Sequence record: NC_061441.1
Direction: 5' to 3' (one strand)
DNA length: 64,000 bases
This document shows positions 45,436 through 54,721 of the stretch, one piece after another. The position numbers and the translations under genes were made by a program. The first letter of the stretch is position 1; each line of letters starts with the position of its first letter. The notes beneath the pieces are model-generated. The model was not told where the DNA came from. It saw only the letters and a list, made by a program, of their open reading frames with translations, and searched no databases.

Positions 45436-45773
45436 TAACGCAGAGTCTTCAACGCCTGTTTAGCTTTCGCCAAATCAGTGAAGTATTTAGCGTCGTCATC
45501 GAACTCTGGTTCCATGCGAATCTCGATGCCAGATACGTTGAAGCCGATATCTTCATCTTCATCTTTGGTGACCATGCCGAAACGAGCTACGCCTTCTTTG
45601 TAGCTAATGAAACGGAAGTCGATGATATCTTCCGGACCGCTCAGGTCAGAAGGCATACCATCGTCCAGCAGATCGAAGAACTCTTTCTTCGTCAGCTTAG
45701 TGAACACGCTTGCCATAGCGTTGGCAGAAGTAGACGCTACAGATTCGTCGAGATTCAGTTTGATAAGAGTCAT
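45435..45773 (-). CDS. hypothetical acidic protein with ASTSA tag
   Basis: 112 aa ORF in the operon. Confidence 0.55.
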   Translation of the reverse strand: MTLIKLNLDESVASTSANAMASVFTKLTKKEFFDLLDDGMPSDLSGPEDIIDFRFISYKEGVARFGMVTKDEDEDIGFNVSGIEIRMEPEFDDDAKYFTDLAKAKQALKTLR

Positions 45774-45775
45774 AG

Positions 45776-46345
45776 TTAAATTCCAACCTGTTTAGTGATT
45801 GTGATAACACGCTGGTACCAACCATAAATGTTATCTTCCTGGGTTTCATCTGCCTTAGCGATGTTCTTCAACTTCGCAATACGACAGCCGTTGTAGGCAT
45901 AAGCCAATACTTTGATATCGCGTACCTTGACATAGGCGTCAAGTGCGGCCAGTGTCTTAGGTCCGATATTTGCAGCAGGAGCAAAGTCTGGGTAGAGTTT
46001 GCCGCGCTGGTTCAGGATATTCAACTGGTCTTGCAGTTCAGCAATCGCAGCTGGTGGTCCTGAGTTAACTGCATAGTCAAATACCCACAGCGCCAGTTCT
46101 TGGCTGTACTTAGCAAGCTGATCGCATTTGCAGAAGTCCCAGAAATTAGCGCTGTAGATAGCGTATGCGATTTCGTACGGCAGATTTTGCATATCGCCTT
46201 TATAGCCATATGCACGAGCATTCTTCTCCGTGACACCCCAACGTGTAGGGCCACCACGATCCGCCGCGCGATTTGTATACTTCTCACCACCTTCTCGGTC
46301 GATGACCTCGGCAATGGCTTTCTTACGAAACGTCATAGCGTCCAT
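45776..46345 (-). CDS. glycoside hydrolase family 108 endolysin with C-terminal PG-binding region
   Basis: EGG..YTN...DRGGPTRWGVT; FDYAVNSG; IGPKTLAAL. Confidence 0.9.
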   Translation of the reverse strand: MDAMTFRKKAIAEVIDREGGEKYTNRAADRGGPTRWGVTEKNARAYGYKGDMQNLPYEIAYAIYSANFWDFCKCDQLAKYSQELALWVFDYAVNSGPPAAIAELQDQLNILNQRGKLYPDFAPAANIGPKTLAALDAYVKVRDIKVLAYAYNGCRIAKLKNIAKADETQEDNIYGWYQRVITITKQVGI

Positions 46346-46371
46346 AATGAGTCCTCTTGATCGACATATCA

Positions 46372-46378
46372 AAATTAT
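46372..46378 (-). promoter_or_regulatory. class 2 motif ATAATTT
   Basis: 27 nt upstream of the endolysin ATG 46345. Confidence 0.5.
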
Positions 46379-46380
46379 CG

Positions 46381-47265
46381 TCAGATGGACAATCTCGTAG
46401 CTTTGAACTTAAATGCAGGGCGTGTTCCTGGAATGAGTTCAGCGGGCAGATCATAGTCATTGTCGTCCAGCATAACCAACGTATTTAATGCTTTCCAGTA
46501 GAAAAGACCGAACGCCAGATTGACTGTTTCGTCCGCAGCTTCTCTCGGTGCCCAGAAGATACCATCATCTCTGTACGACAGGTGCATGTCCGCGAAGTTA
46601 CCGCCGTCCGTACCAACAGAGCAGGCTTTCATGGCCATAGCATATTGGAAATTAACGTCAGTAGTCGTGTACACATCGACAGGCGCAATGGGAGGAAAAC
46701 CATATCCTGTTTTAAACTGGTCTGAATACGTCGGTGCCGTGGTGACGACTGAGCCATTATATGTTTTCAAGTGAAGCGTACTAGGGAAGCGTCCGAACTG
46801 GCTGCTTGTACCAGACGTTGCGAGAGCAGCACACTTAGGGAAGTGCATCTTAACGTCAAACGGACAGTTGAAGATTACGGTACCTTTCCGAATTGTATAA
46901 TCCGGGAAATACTCGGCTCGGGTTGCATCGTAACTCTGATAGTCCACGACTCCTGGTTCCGATACATGCGGCGAAAAGCCTACGGTGTTCTCCTGCATTA
47001 TGATATCGTAGGTTGCGGGCGCCCAGTTCTTATCTGAGGCATACTTTGCGAAGGTTGGGAAGTATTTGTTTCCGTGCTGCCCTGCGACTGGATTGAGCTT
47101 ACTGCCTACGCCAAGAACCGAGCGAGCCTTATGTGCATTCTGTTTCGCAAAGGTCATATCTCGCATTTGAGTTTTGGTGATGCCGTCTCTTGCATCAAAG
47201 AAAAGAACGTTAGGCATGTTCGTTTCTTTCGAAGCCAATCCAAAGAGTGTTGCTATGTATTGCAT
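46381..47265 (-). CDS. MQY-family paralog C
   Basis: VLFFD, ARSVLG...LNPVAG, PGTRP. Confidence 0.6.
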   Translation of the reverse strand: MQYIATLFGLASKETNMPNVLFFDARDGITKTQMRDMTFAKQNAHKARSVLGVGSKLNPVAGQHGNKYFPTFAKYASDKNWAPATYDIIMQENTVGFSPHVSEPGVVDYQSYDATRAEYFPDYTIRKGTVIFNCPFDVKMHFPKCAALATSGTSSQFGRFPSTLHLKTYNGSVVTTAPTYSDQFKTGYGFPPIAPVDVYTTTDVNFQYAMAMKACSVGTDGGNFADMHLSYRDDGIFWAPREAADETVNLAFGLFYWKALNTLVMLDDNDYDLPAELIPGTRPAFKFKATRLSI

Positions 47266-47313
47266 TGTGTATCACCTCAATGGTCTGTCGAAGGTACTAC
47301 GCGCTTGTGCCTA

Positions 47314-47320
47314 AAATTAG
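47314..47320 (-). promoter_or_regulatory. class 2 motif CTAATTT
   Basis: 49 nt upstream of 47265, right after a terminator. Confidence 0.55.
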
Positions 47321-47333
47321 CTCCAAGATCGAC

Positions 47334-47353
47334 AAAAGGGGCCGAAGCCCCTT
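47334..47353 (-). terminator. intrinsic terminator
   Basis: AAGGGGC-UUCG-GCCCCUUUUG. Confidence 0.75.
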
Positions 47354-47693
47354 AGAATGTCCAACGAGTAGCCCAAGCGATTAAGCCTGAGATAATACCG
47401 ATATGTGCCAGATAACCGTACTGCAACACATAGCCTCTGACATAGTGCTTCATGCCGCCCTCATACGCACCATCATACACGGCAGAGATCATCGTGAACG
47501 ACATAACGTAGGTGAACACATGCCACGTTGTCATCTCCATCACTTCGTTGCAGAACACTATTAGGAATAATGAAACTGCCATGATGTACACTGTGCGTTT
47601 GGTTTCGGTTAGATTGATACCAAGCACAACAGGGCGCATCAAGAAGGACGCGAATATCGAAACCAACATTAGCGTTTCATAGTCGGCTGACAT
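47352..47693 (-). CDS. small multi-pass membrane protein
   Basis: 113 aa with 3-4 hydrophobic segments. Confidence 0.6.
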   Translation of the reverse strand: MSADYETLMLVSIFASFLMRPVVLGINLTETKRTVYIMAVSLFLIVFCNEVMEMTTWHVFTYVMSFTMISAVYDGAYEGGMKHYVRGYVLQYGYLAHIGIISGLIAWATRWTF

Positions 47694-47998
47694 GCGGCGT
47701 CTACCTGTTCAGGAGTGATGTGTGCTTTTCTACGCAGGTCGAGCGCCAGTTGTGCTTTACGTCCAATGCGAGCATACGACTCAAGATCATCGTCGGAGTA
47801 ACCGCTCATGCTTTCGCGTACATGGGACAGCTCGGCCATTTGGCGTGGACTCAGTTCATTCGAACGCGCATAGGCAGTCGCATGATCAATGTTACCTACA
47901 TTAAAGCCTGCACAACGATTCCAGATAGGCTCGGCATTAGGGTCCGTCTGCACCATCAACGTACCGTGACGATCAACGTCATGAATATTACGACTCAT
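47669..47998 (-). CDS. hypothetical protein (start MSRNI at 47998)
   Basis: GGGAG RBS; avoids overlap with 48000..48713. Confidence 0.5.
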   Translation of the reverse strand: MSRNIHDVDRHGTLMVQTDPNAEPIWNRCAGFNVGNIDHATAYARSNELSPRQMAELSHVRESMSGYSDDDLESYARIGRKAQLALDLRRKAHITPEQVDAACQPTMKR

Positions 47999-47999
47999 A

Positions 48000-48713
48000 T
48001 CAAACTCCCTGGTTAGAAACGTAGGTGTCGGTGATGTTCGCAGTCTTCTCCACGTTACCACGAATGTACCCGAGTTCAAACACCTGCACGTTATGTTTGA
48101 CGACTGCTTCACCTGCTGTCTCACAGGCACCGCTGTGGAGATCAAGGAAGGCCTGACACAAACGATCTGCAACAGGCTTTGCCAAAATCTTCATCAGTGT
48201 ATGCCTCTGCATAGCAGTGAGCTTGATAGGCATCGCGTCAATCTCGCGTTCGATATTCTTACGACCACCGTTAAATATCCACTTACAGATTGTCGCAGTC
48301 AAAGGCTTCTGGTGAGTCTTCGACGGCAAGGTGTAGATGAATGTCATCAGACTGTAGAACAGGCTGCCGTCGATAGCGCGTTTCTTGAGGTCATCAAGGT
48401 ACTGACCAACAGGCTGCAACTTACCGCGCTGAGGCTGCATCTCATCCAGCTTGAGGTCAACGTCTAGGCCGAAACGCTTCAACGACTCGGAATGCCCAAA
48501 CACATAGACGATATGATTAGGCATATCACGAATAGCAACAGCGTTACGGCTATACTCCCGTGCACCAACGACAAACAAATACTTGCGATATTTCTTCGAC
48601 GGGTCAATGGTGCCACCGATAGGGACAAACGTTACTCGGTCGGCATGACCTTTCTTTTTCAGCCAGCCCATAACCTGCTCTGGGCTTTGACGTGTTACCG
48701 CGATTACAGGCAT
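48000..48713 (-). CDS. hypothetical protein
   Basis: 237 aa in the SbcC operon. Confidence 0.55.
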   Translation of the reverse strand: MPVIAVTRQSPEQVMGWLKKKGHADRVTFVPIGGTIDPSKKYRKYLFVVGAREYSRNAVAIRDMPNHIVYVFGHSESLKRFGLDVDLKLDEMQPQRGKLQPVGQYLDDLKKRAIDGSLFYSLMTFIYTLPSKTHQKPLTATICKWIFNGGRKNIEREIDAMPIKLTAMQRHTLMKILAKPVADRLCQAFLDLHSGACETAGEAVVKHNVQVFELGYIRGNVEKTANITDTYVSNQGV

Positions 48714-48715
48714 CG

Positions 48716-49039
48716 TTACTCCACAGTGTTGAGCGCTTTAGCCGTGTACTCACGCAGAGTACGTTCGATGTTTTCTGCCAGAGTAGGATGACAGATGAGC
48801 TGGTGGTCTTTCATGAAGACACGCAGCGACGGACGCATTACTTTACGCGTCTGCATCTTCATGCGCAGCGCACGGTGCATAGCGGTAGCGTAATATTCTT
48901 CCTCACGCTCCTCCATGCAGTTCGCATTTGCCACTACTTCGTACTTGGCGAAGATGTGTGGATTACGATTGATGTACGCCGGGTCCATCGGCACACTATT
49001 CTTTTCGTGATCACGACTGAGTTGACCGAAGATCATCAT
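48716..49039 (-). CDS. hypothetical protein
   Basis: 107 aa; coupled to the SbcC stop. Confidence 0.5.
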   Translation of the reverse strand: MMIFGQLSRDHEKNSVPMDPAYINRNPHIFAKYEVVANANCMEEREEEYYATAMHRALRMKMQTRKVMRPSLRVFMKDHQLICHPTLAENIERTLREYTAKALNTVE

Positions 49040-51369
49040 ATCACCTTACGGGACAGACTGGACGTTCCACCTTTCTTGGTGACTGTCCATTGATTGTTAG
49101 AGAAGTGCTCGACGTCATTAGGAGTTATCCAGTAGATGTTCGGGATAATCTGTTTGAGAATCGGCAGGAAGTTTTCAACGATGTGATTACTCACCGCAGG
49201 GCTACAACTGTTATCAGGCTCATCGAGGATGATAAAGTTCGTGCGACGGTTCGCTGGGATAAACGGCATGATCGCTACAGCGAACAGCAGTCTAAAGCAG
49301 TTAGTCTCCGCGCCGCTCATGATACCAATGTCCGTAGTCTTTTTCGAGATCATACGAGTCACGGTAGCACCAACACCCTGCTTGGTCGTAAACAGTTCGA
49401 ATCGCATAGGCTCAGGGAAGACGAGGCCAGAGTATTCGTTCAGCTTGGCTTCGATTTGTTTCAATCGACTCTCAACGGCTTTCAATTTGAGCGCGTTGTT
49501 GCTGTATGCCTTATACAAGACTTCGAACACCTTGCGCTTATCAATCAACGGCTGGAGCTTGGCGAGCTTGGTACGGAGTTCACGTAATGTTTCCTCGTAG
49601 TGCTCATGCTCCTGCACACGCATCTGGATGCCTTGCGCCTTGCGCTCTTTCTTGTCGATATCGTTACGCAGAGATTCAGCTTCCTGTTCAATCTTTTTGT
49701 AACGTCCGTCAAGAATGTAGAACGGATCTTCTGGCTCACCGATAGCTTTCATTGCAGCGCGAAGGTCTTTCAGAATCTCAAGGTCCTTGATTCGGTTCTT
49801 GATTGTCTTACGGGCTTTCTTAGGCTGCTTGACCGCTTTAGGTTTCTTGAGCGCTGCCTTACGTGCTTGCAGCTTCTCCAGCTTCTTGGCCTGTTCGAAT
49901 TGTTCTTCGATCTGGTCAAGCTGTTTGCCTGCTGTCTTGAGTTTCTTCTCAAGCGCTTTGCGATCATGCTTCGGCTTCTTCACTTTGTCTGACTGCAACG
50001 CGGTGAGTTCGGCATTCAGCTTGTGATAGTCGATATCAGTAATGCACTCGTCAATGATAGCCTGCGCTTTGGTTGCTGCGCGTGACATGGCTTTGATATC
50101 AACATCCTGACCGCAAGTAGGACAGGAGTTATCATCGTGCTCATGCTCCTCAAAAGCACGATACGCCTGAACTATTGCTTTGGATTCTGCTCTGGCATCC
50201 TGTGCCTCTTCCTGAGTTCGTTTAGGACTTTTGAGCTTAGACAACCGTTTGGTGAGCTTTTCACAGGCTTCTCGCCAGTCGTCGTATTCTTCTTGTTGCT
50301 CATCTACCTTCTCCAGTAGCTCTTGGAGTTCTTCTTCCTCTTTAACCAGCTTGCCGTGTTTCTTACGCAACTTCTTGTTATCGAGATCAGCAACATCACC
50401 AAGTGCCTTGATGCGTTTCTTAACTTCGGCCAGCTCTGCTTCGTATTCCTCCAGAGCTTCCACGTAATCTTCGTAACGGTCATGCTCGATAAGCTGGCCA
50501 CGCAGGTCATTCAGTTCGCCTTTGAGATCAGTAGTTTCAATGCCAAGAGTGTCCAGTTGGTGTTTCAGCTTCTCGTACTTACGCGCATTGCTACGCGCCG
50601 TACTGAGTTCGACCAGTTTACCATTCAGGTCATTACGTCTGGCTTTCATCTTATCGAGATGCTTGATGATAGCAGCCAGAGTATTCTTTTCTTCGGCGTG
50701 AATGTTCAGCGCGTTTTGTTTACGCTGCGTCACGTCGAACATATCAGCCAGGCCTTTCGATTCTGTCTCGGCGTCTTTGGCCAAGTCCAGCTTCTTCTTC
50801 AACGCCATACGAATGTTGTCGAAGATATCGAGGTTGAATAACGAGGTCAGATACTTGAGGCGATCAGCAGGTGCAGCGCGTTGAAACGGATGCGAGATCT
50901 GCGACTGAATATAACAGTAGCTGTAGAACTCATCTTTGGACAGAGGCCAGTGCTTCTGTACCCAACCACGCGCAACGTCCTGACGACCAACCTTCTGGTC
51001 TTCACCATTGAAGAACACTTGATACTTCGTGGCCGACTGTACGATACGCACAATGCCACCAAGCGGAGATTCCCACGACAGGTCGATTGAACTACCTTTG
51101 CCGAGCATGTTCCCCTTGTCTTTCTTTTTCATCGCAAGAGGGTCAGCTTCATACAGCAAGGTAGGTATCGCAGCGAACAGCATACTTTTGCCTACGCCGT
51201 TCGTGTTGTCTTTAACGTTCGTACTATCGAGGTTCTTTCCGCAGATTGTTGCGAAGCCCTCGTTGTCAAGGCCGTCAATATCGAGTTCCTTATACACGCC
51301 AACATCGCGCAAGTGAATCTCTTTCAGGCCGATACCGTGCTGCTGTTTCTGCTTTTGCTTCTTGGCCAT
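49036..51369 (-). CDS. sbcC: SbcC/Rad50-like SMC ATPase
   Basis: NGVGKS Walker A, long coiled coil with CPTCG zinc hook, MSGAE signature, IILDEP Walker B. Confidence 0.92.
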   Translation of the reverse strand: MAKKQKQKQQHGIGLKEIHLRDVGVYKELDIDGLDNEGFATICGKNLDSTNVKDNTNGVGKSMLFAAIPTLLYEADPLAMKKKDKGNMLGKGSSIDLSWESPLGGIVRIVQSATKYQVFFNGEDQKVGRQDVARGWVQKHWPLSKDEFYSYCYIQSQISHPFQRAAPADRLKYLTSLFNLDIFDNIRMALKKKLDLAKDAETESKGLADMFDVTQRKQNALNIHAEEKNTLAAIIKHLDKMKARRNDLNGKLVELSTARSNARKYEKLKHQLDTLGIETTDLKGELNDLRGQLIEHDRYEDYVEALEEYEAELAEVKKRIKALGDVADLDNKKLRKKHGKLVKEEEELQELLEKVDEQQEEYDDWREACEKLTKRLSKLKSPKRTQEEAQDARAESKAIVQAYRAFEEHEHDDNSCPTCGQDVDIKAMSRAATKAQAIIDECITDIDYHKLNAELTALQSDKVKKPKHDRKALEKKLKTAGKQLDQIEEQFEQAKKLEKLQARKAALKKPKAVKQPKKARKTIKNRIKDLEILKDLRAAMKAIGEPEDPFYILDGRYKKIEQEAESLRNDIDKKERKAQGIQMRVQEHEHYEETLRELRTKLAKLQPLIDKRKVFEVLYKAYSNNALKLKAVESRLKQIEAKLNEYSGLVFPEPMRFELFTTKQGVGATVTRMISKKTTDIGIMSGAETNCFRLLFAVAIMPFIPANRRTNFIILDEPDNSCSPAVSNHIVENFLPILKQIIPNIYWITPNDVEHFSNNQWTVTKKGGTSSLSRKVI

Positions 51370-51581
51370 TAGAAATACTCGACAGTTTCTTCCTGTATCA
51401 GACCTTTACCATGCGTCTGCTCAAACACTTCGATTTCGTCCTGCGTGTACTCTGAGGACGATTCGGCGATCACATCATACGAGATGGATTCTTCGCGTGT
51501 GTCAGAAATGATTGGCTTGAGAATACGCCACAGAGGCAGAGCGATTGTTTCGCGCTTCAAGATTTTTGCTACGGCAACCAT
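51369..51581 (-). CDS. small hypothetical protein (start MVAVAK at 51581)
   Basis: TAATG coupling on both sides. Confidence 0.5.
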   Translation of the reverse strand: MVAVAKILKRETIALPLWRILKPIISDTREESISYDVIAESSSEYTQDEIEVFEQTHGKGLIQEETVEYF

Positions 51582-51796
51582 TAGTGAAATACTCCAGCTG
51601 GTTCTACCCACAGTTCAGGCGCGTTGTACTGCGCACGTAATTCGTTCAGGCGATCATCAGTCAGTGGACGATCGGAGACTAAGATGCACTGCGGCACCTT
51701 TTCTTCTTTACCTGTTACAGGATGAATGTCGCGGTCGTGGCGCATGACATTCCAACGTTTTGATACGGAGATATTGATGAAGGTATTGCGTTCCAT
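51581..51796 (-). CDS. small hypothetical protein (start MERNT at 51796)
   Basis: class 1 motif 39 nt upstream. Confidence 0.5.
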   Translation of the reverse strand: MERNTFINISVSKRWNVMRHDRDIHPVTGKEEKVPQCILVSDRPLTDDRLNELRAQYNAPELWVEPAGVFH

Positions 51797-51834
51797 AGTC
51801 AAGGACCTATGTATAGTGTATGAATGATACTCGC

Positions 51835-51843
51835 TATTTACAG
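51835..51843 (-). promoter_or_regulatory. class 1 motif CTGTAAATA
   Basis: upstream of the operon leading to SbcC; follows a terminator. Confidence 0.6.
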
Positions 51844-51860
51844 TTTTTGAGGGTATAGAC

Positions 51861-51890
51861 AAAAAGAAGGGCCACCGTTAGGCAGCCCCT
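51861..51890 (-). terminator. intrinsic terminator
   Basis: GGGCUGCC-UAAC-GGUGGCCC plus U-rich tail. Confidence 0.6.
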
Positions 51891-52162
51891 GCGAATACTT
51901 TGCGCACCCCGTTATCCAGATAGTGATCTGCATAGAAGGGTCCATTTTCGTTTTCAATACCAATGCGCCTACATAGCTGACGACGTAAGCGTCTAGGCCA
52001 TACCAGCTCATCTTCAATCAGATGGATGACAGCCGGTAGTGCTTCCAGTTGCGTCATAGTCAGGTCACGAATCTTGTCGTCAATGCGACACAGCTCCGCA
52101 TAGTCCTGTTCAGGTGTTGGTACGTTGCGCACAGGCTTAGAAAGATCTACGGTGAGTTCCAT
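51878..52162 (-). CDS. hypothetical protein
   Basis: 94 aa; GGAG RBS. Confidence 0.55.
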   Translation of the reverse strand: MELTVDLSKPVRNVPTPEQDYAELCRIDDKIRDLTMTQLEALPAVIHLIEDELVWPRRLRRQLCRRIGIENENGPFYADHYLDNGVRKVFAGAA

Positions 52163-52608
52163 CAGTATCTCCGTGGCTTCTTAGGTTTCTTGATAGTGGA
52201 TTTAGGGCGCTTGATTGCTCTCAGAGCTTTACGCGCTTCAATAATCTGCTTGGACAATTCAGAGCGACGAGCCTTAATCTGGTCAGTGTCTTGCTCAGTG
52301 CCTTTGAGTTTATCAAGGCGATTCCATTCTTTGACCAGACGATCAACTACACCAGCACGAGACACGCGCTGCTGATTGGTACGCACAATGTCCTGCTGCG
52401 TCTTCACCGAATCGCGTGTACGATTAACTTCTTCACGCGCTGACTTAACGCCTTTGGTATCACCCTCAGATTGTTTGTCGTTCAGCTTCTTACGCGCTAA
52501 CTGCGAGCGGCGTTGTGCTCCCTTGAGATCATCTTTCGAATTGTCCAAGGAGACTTGAGTATCTTCGAGCGGGCTGGTACGCGCACTCAAACTGATAAGT
52601 ATCTTCAT
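52162..52608 (-). CDS. basic coiled-coil protein with MKILISLSA tag
   Basis: 148 aa; GAGG RBS. Confidence 0.55.
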   Translation of the reverse strand: MKILISLSARTSPLEDTQVSLDNSKDDLKGAQRRSQLARKKLNDKQSEGDTKGVKSAREEVNRTRDSVKTQQDIVRTNQQRVSRAGVVDRLVKEWNRLDKLKGTEQDTDQIKARRSELSKQIIEARKALRAIKRPKSTIKKPKKPRRY

Positions 52609-52622
52609 AAGACCTCAAAACG

Positions 52623-52648
52623 AAAAAGGGCGACCCGAAGGCCACCCT
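52623..52648 (-). terminator. intrinsic terminator
   Basis: AGGGUGGCC-UUCG-GGUCGCCCU plus U tract. Confidence 0.7.
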
Positions 52649-52739
52649 GTGTAGAATGGCGCGCTATGCACCCGACTGGCTAGGTCTACTACGATTATTT
52701 AACCTCGCAGTAGTGAGCGAGGAGATGGGGATCACCTCC

Positions 52740-53276
52740 TCATGCGGATTGAAGTTGAAGAATTTCTTCGTCTTCGATATCCGCGCCAGACCACGAACGA
52801 ATCACGGATGCGTTTCCACGATTGCCTGTCAGCATCATCTTAACTGATGGCTTGGCATCGCGTTCTGCGTAATAGTCGGCGAGAGCTTTCTCTGTACCGA
52901 ACCATAAAATGGAGTGACCACCCTTAGGGCAGATCAAGAATTGAGTAGGACGTTGTGGAACGTTCAACGTCAGATAGAAGTCACCAGCGCCAGTAGGACC
53001 AAGCATTGGCATAGGCTTCATGATCTGCTGAAAGTCTCCAGCATCTTTAAGACGTGTATCGCCCAACAACCAGATAGCACCTTCTTCGCCCTCACGCACA
53101 GCACTCAAGGTACCTTTACGTGTTGTGATAGAGCCGAAAGTGTCTTGATCGAAACGGGCTAGACCGAAGATGAGTGATGCGAGTTTCTTCAGGTCAGGGG
53201 TCGTGCATGGACTATCAATTTTGGCCATGCCCTCGGACCCTACTGTAATCTTCGAGAGTGATACAAAGATTTCCAT
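52740..53276 (-). CDS. hypothetical protein with MEIFVSLSK tag
   Basis: 178 aa; class 2 motif upstream. Confidence 0.55.
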   Translation of the reverse strand: MEIFVSLSKITVGSEGMAKIDSPCTTPDLKKLASLIFGLARFDQDTFGSITTRKGTLSAVREGEEGAIWLLGDTRLKDAGDFQQIMKPMPMLGPTGAGDFYLTLNVPQRPTQFLICPKGGHSILWFGTEKALADYYAERDAKPSVKMMLTGNRGNASVIRSWSGADIEDEEILQLQSA

Positions 53277-53312
53277 ATTGTCTTCCAGAGCTGTATGATT
53301 AATTGTGGTATA

Positions 53313-53319
53313 AAATTAG
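53313..53319 (-). promoter_or_regulatory. class 2 motif CTAATTT
   Basis: 37 nt upstream of 53276, after a terminator. Confidence 0.55.
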
Positions 53320-53343
53320 TGTTTGATCAGACAATTCTGAAAC

Positions 53344-53375
53344 AAAAATGGGCAGCACAAAGGCCACCCATTTTT
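53344..53375 (-). terminator. intrinsic terminator
   Basis: AUGGGUGGC...GCUGCCCAU plus U5. Confidence 0.65.
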
Positions 53376-53382
53376 CACTTAT

Positions 53383-54666
53383 TTACTTCTTCTTCTTTTT
53401 CTTTTCTTTCTTCGGCTTGTCGTCTTCGTCGTCTTCGCCCATCTTGACTGCCAGCTTACCTTCATAGATATCAGCCATGAGAGTAAGCACTTTGGACTCC
53501 AACATAATGTCTGCTGGTACGGACGTTGAGTTGAAAGCTACTTCGGCATCAGCCAGTGCGGATTGCAGATAGACCATGCTAACCAGATTGACTTTGATGT
53601 TGTCTTTCTTGGTCATGTTCATGAACATCTTGAGGCCAGCCGACTGCCACTTATTAGTTTCGGCATAATGACCTAACACGCCGTGAATAATCCAACGAGC
53701 TTTCGCAACGATTGCACGTGGGTTGTTCGCTTCACGCAGGAACTGAATAACACCAATCAGGTCCATCGCCAGATACGCACCAATCATCTGGACAGCTTTC
53801 GCTTCCATATCGATCTCTGGATCTGCTGCTGCGAGTTCGGCAACGAGGTTCTTATCGAAGTCCTCACCACCTTTCACGGACGCATAGATATTCTGCAACA
53901 TGGTGATTGCGCCACGCATCTGACCACCAGCATACTCTGCAACCTGATGCAGTGCTGCTTCTGCTTTATCACGCGCCTTATCTTTCTTCGGCATGATATC
54001 AAGCTGGTCACTGATCTCCAACAGACGCTTATGAATCACGTCAGTAGGAATCGGCCTGATAGGCAATTGCGTCATGCGACTGATCATCGTGTTCTTCATC
54101 TTCTCTGGGTTCGTTGTTACGAAGATGAATACAACGTGCGCTGGTGGCTGCTCGGTGATCTTAAGGAACTTCGATTCGGCCGCGCTTGACATGAGGTGCG
54201 ATTCGTCGAAGATGAATACGCGACGTTTGAACATCGGACTCAGCGGTGCGCTGTCTACGATCTTCTGGCTGCCTTCAACTTTACCAGCATCGCCACCCAT
54301 ATCGAACTCTTGCTCATCAGGGTGTGCGCCACGGTCGTGCATCTCACACGAACGACATTTGCCGCAGGCCGAGAACGTGTCGCAGTTGATATACTTCGCT
54401 ACCAGACGCGCAAACGTTGTTTTACCTGAACCCAAATGACCAGTAATGATCATTGTCGATGGAATCGTTTTCGACTTCTGCCAACCCTTCATGATCTTAA
54501 CGATGTGGTCTTGACCAACATAGTCTTCAATCTTCTTTGGTCGGAATTGGTCTGCAAAGTTAATCGTTGTCAGTTCAACTGACTCGGAAGAATCGCCTTT
54601 CTTTTTCTTTGGAGTATCACCACCAAAGGAACGCGACTTCTTCTTTTTCTTTTCTTCTTTAGCCAT
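53383..54666 (-). CDS. dnaX: DNA polymerase III gamma/tau-like clamp loader subunit
   Basis: FRPKKIEDYVGQDHI, GHLGSGKTT, CGKCRSC Zn module, FIFDESH, ISRMT (SRC-like), GGQMRGA. Confidence 0.9.
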   Translation of the reverse strand: MAKEEKKKKKSRSFGGDTPKKKKGDSSESVELTTINFADQFRPKKIEDYVGQDHIVKIMKGWQKSKTIPSTMIITGHLGSGKTTFARLVAKYINCDTFSACGKCRSCEMHDRGAHPDEQEFDMGGDAGKVEGSQKIVDSAPLSPMFKRRVFIFDESHLMSSAAESKFLKITEQPPAHVVFIFVTTNPEKMKNTMISRMTQLPIRPIPTDVIHKRLLEISDQLDIMPKKDKARDKAEAALHQVAEYAGGQMRGAITMLQNIYASVKGGEDFDKNLVAELAAADPEIDMEAKAVQMIGAYLAMDLIGVIQFLREANNPRAIVAKARWIIHGVLGHYAETNKWQSAGLKMFMNMTKKDNIKVNLVSMVYLQSALADAEVAFNSTSVPADIMLESKVLTLMADIYEGKLAVKMGEDDEDDKPKKEKKKKKK

Positions 54667-54703
54667 TTTCAATTCGCCCTTAGTTCTAATGCGTTACACC
54701 AGT

Positions 54704-54712
54704 TATTTACAG
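54704..54712 (-). promoter_or_regulatory. class 1 motif CTGTAAATA
   Basis: 38 nt upstream of the clamp loader start. Confidence 0.6.
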
Positions 54713-54721
54713 ATTTTAGAC

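Noticed and set aside
41029-47265. Diversity-generating retroelement behind the variable MQY paralogs
   Set aside because: No reverse transcriptase and no near-identical TR/VR pair differing at adenines was seen in the window
47352-47693. Holin call for the small membrane protein near the endolysin
   Set aside because: It is separated from the endolysin by a terminator and another gene and is transcribed with the SbcC operon; hydrophobicity alone is not enough
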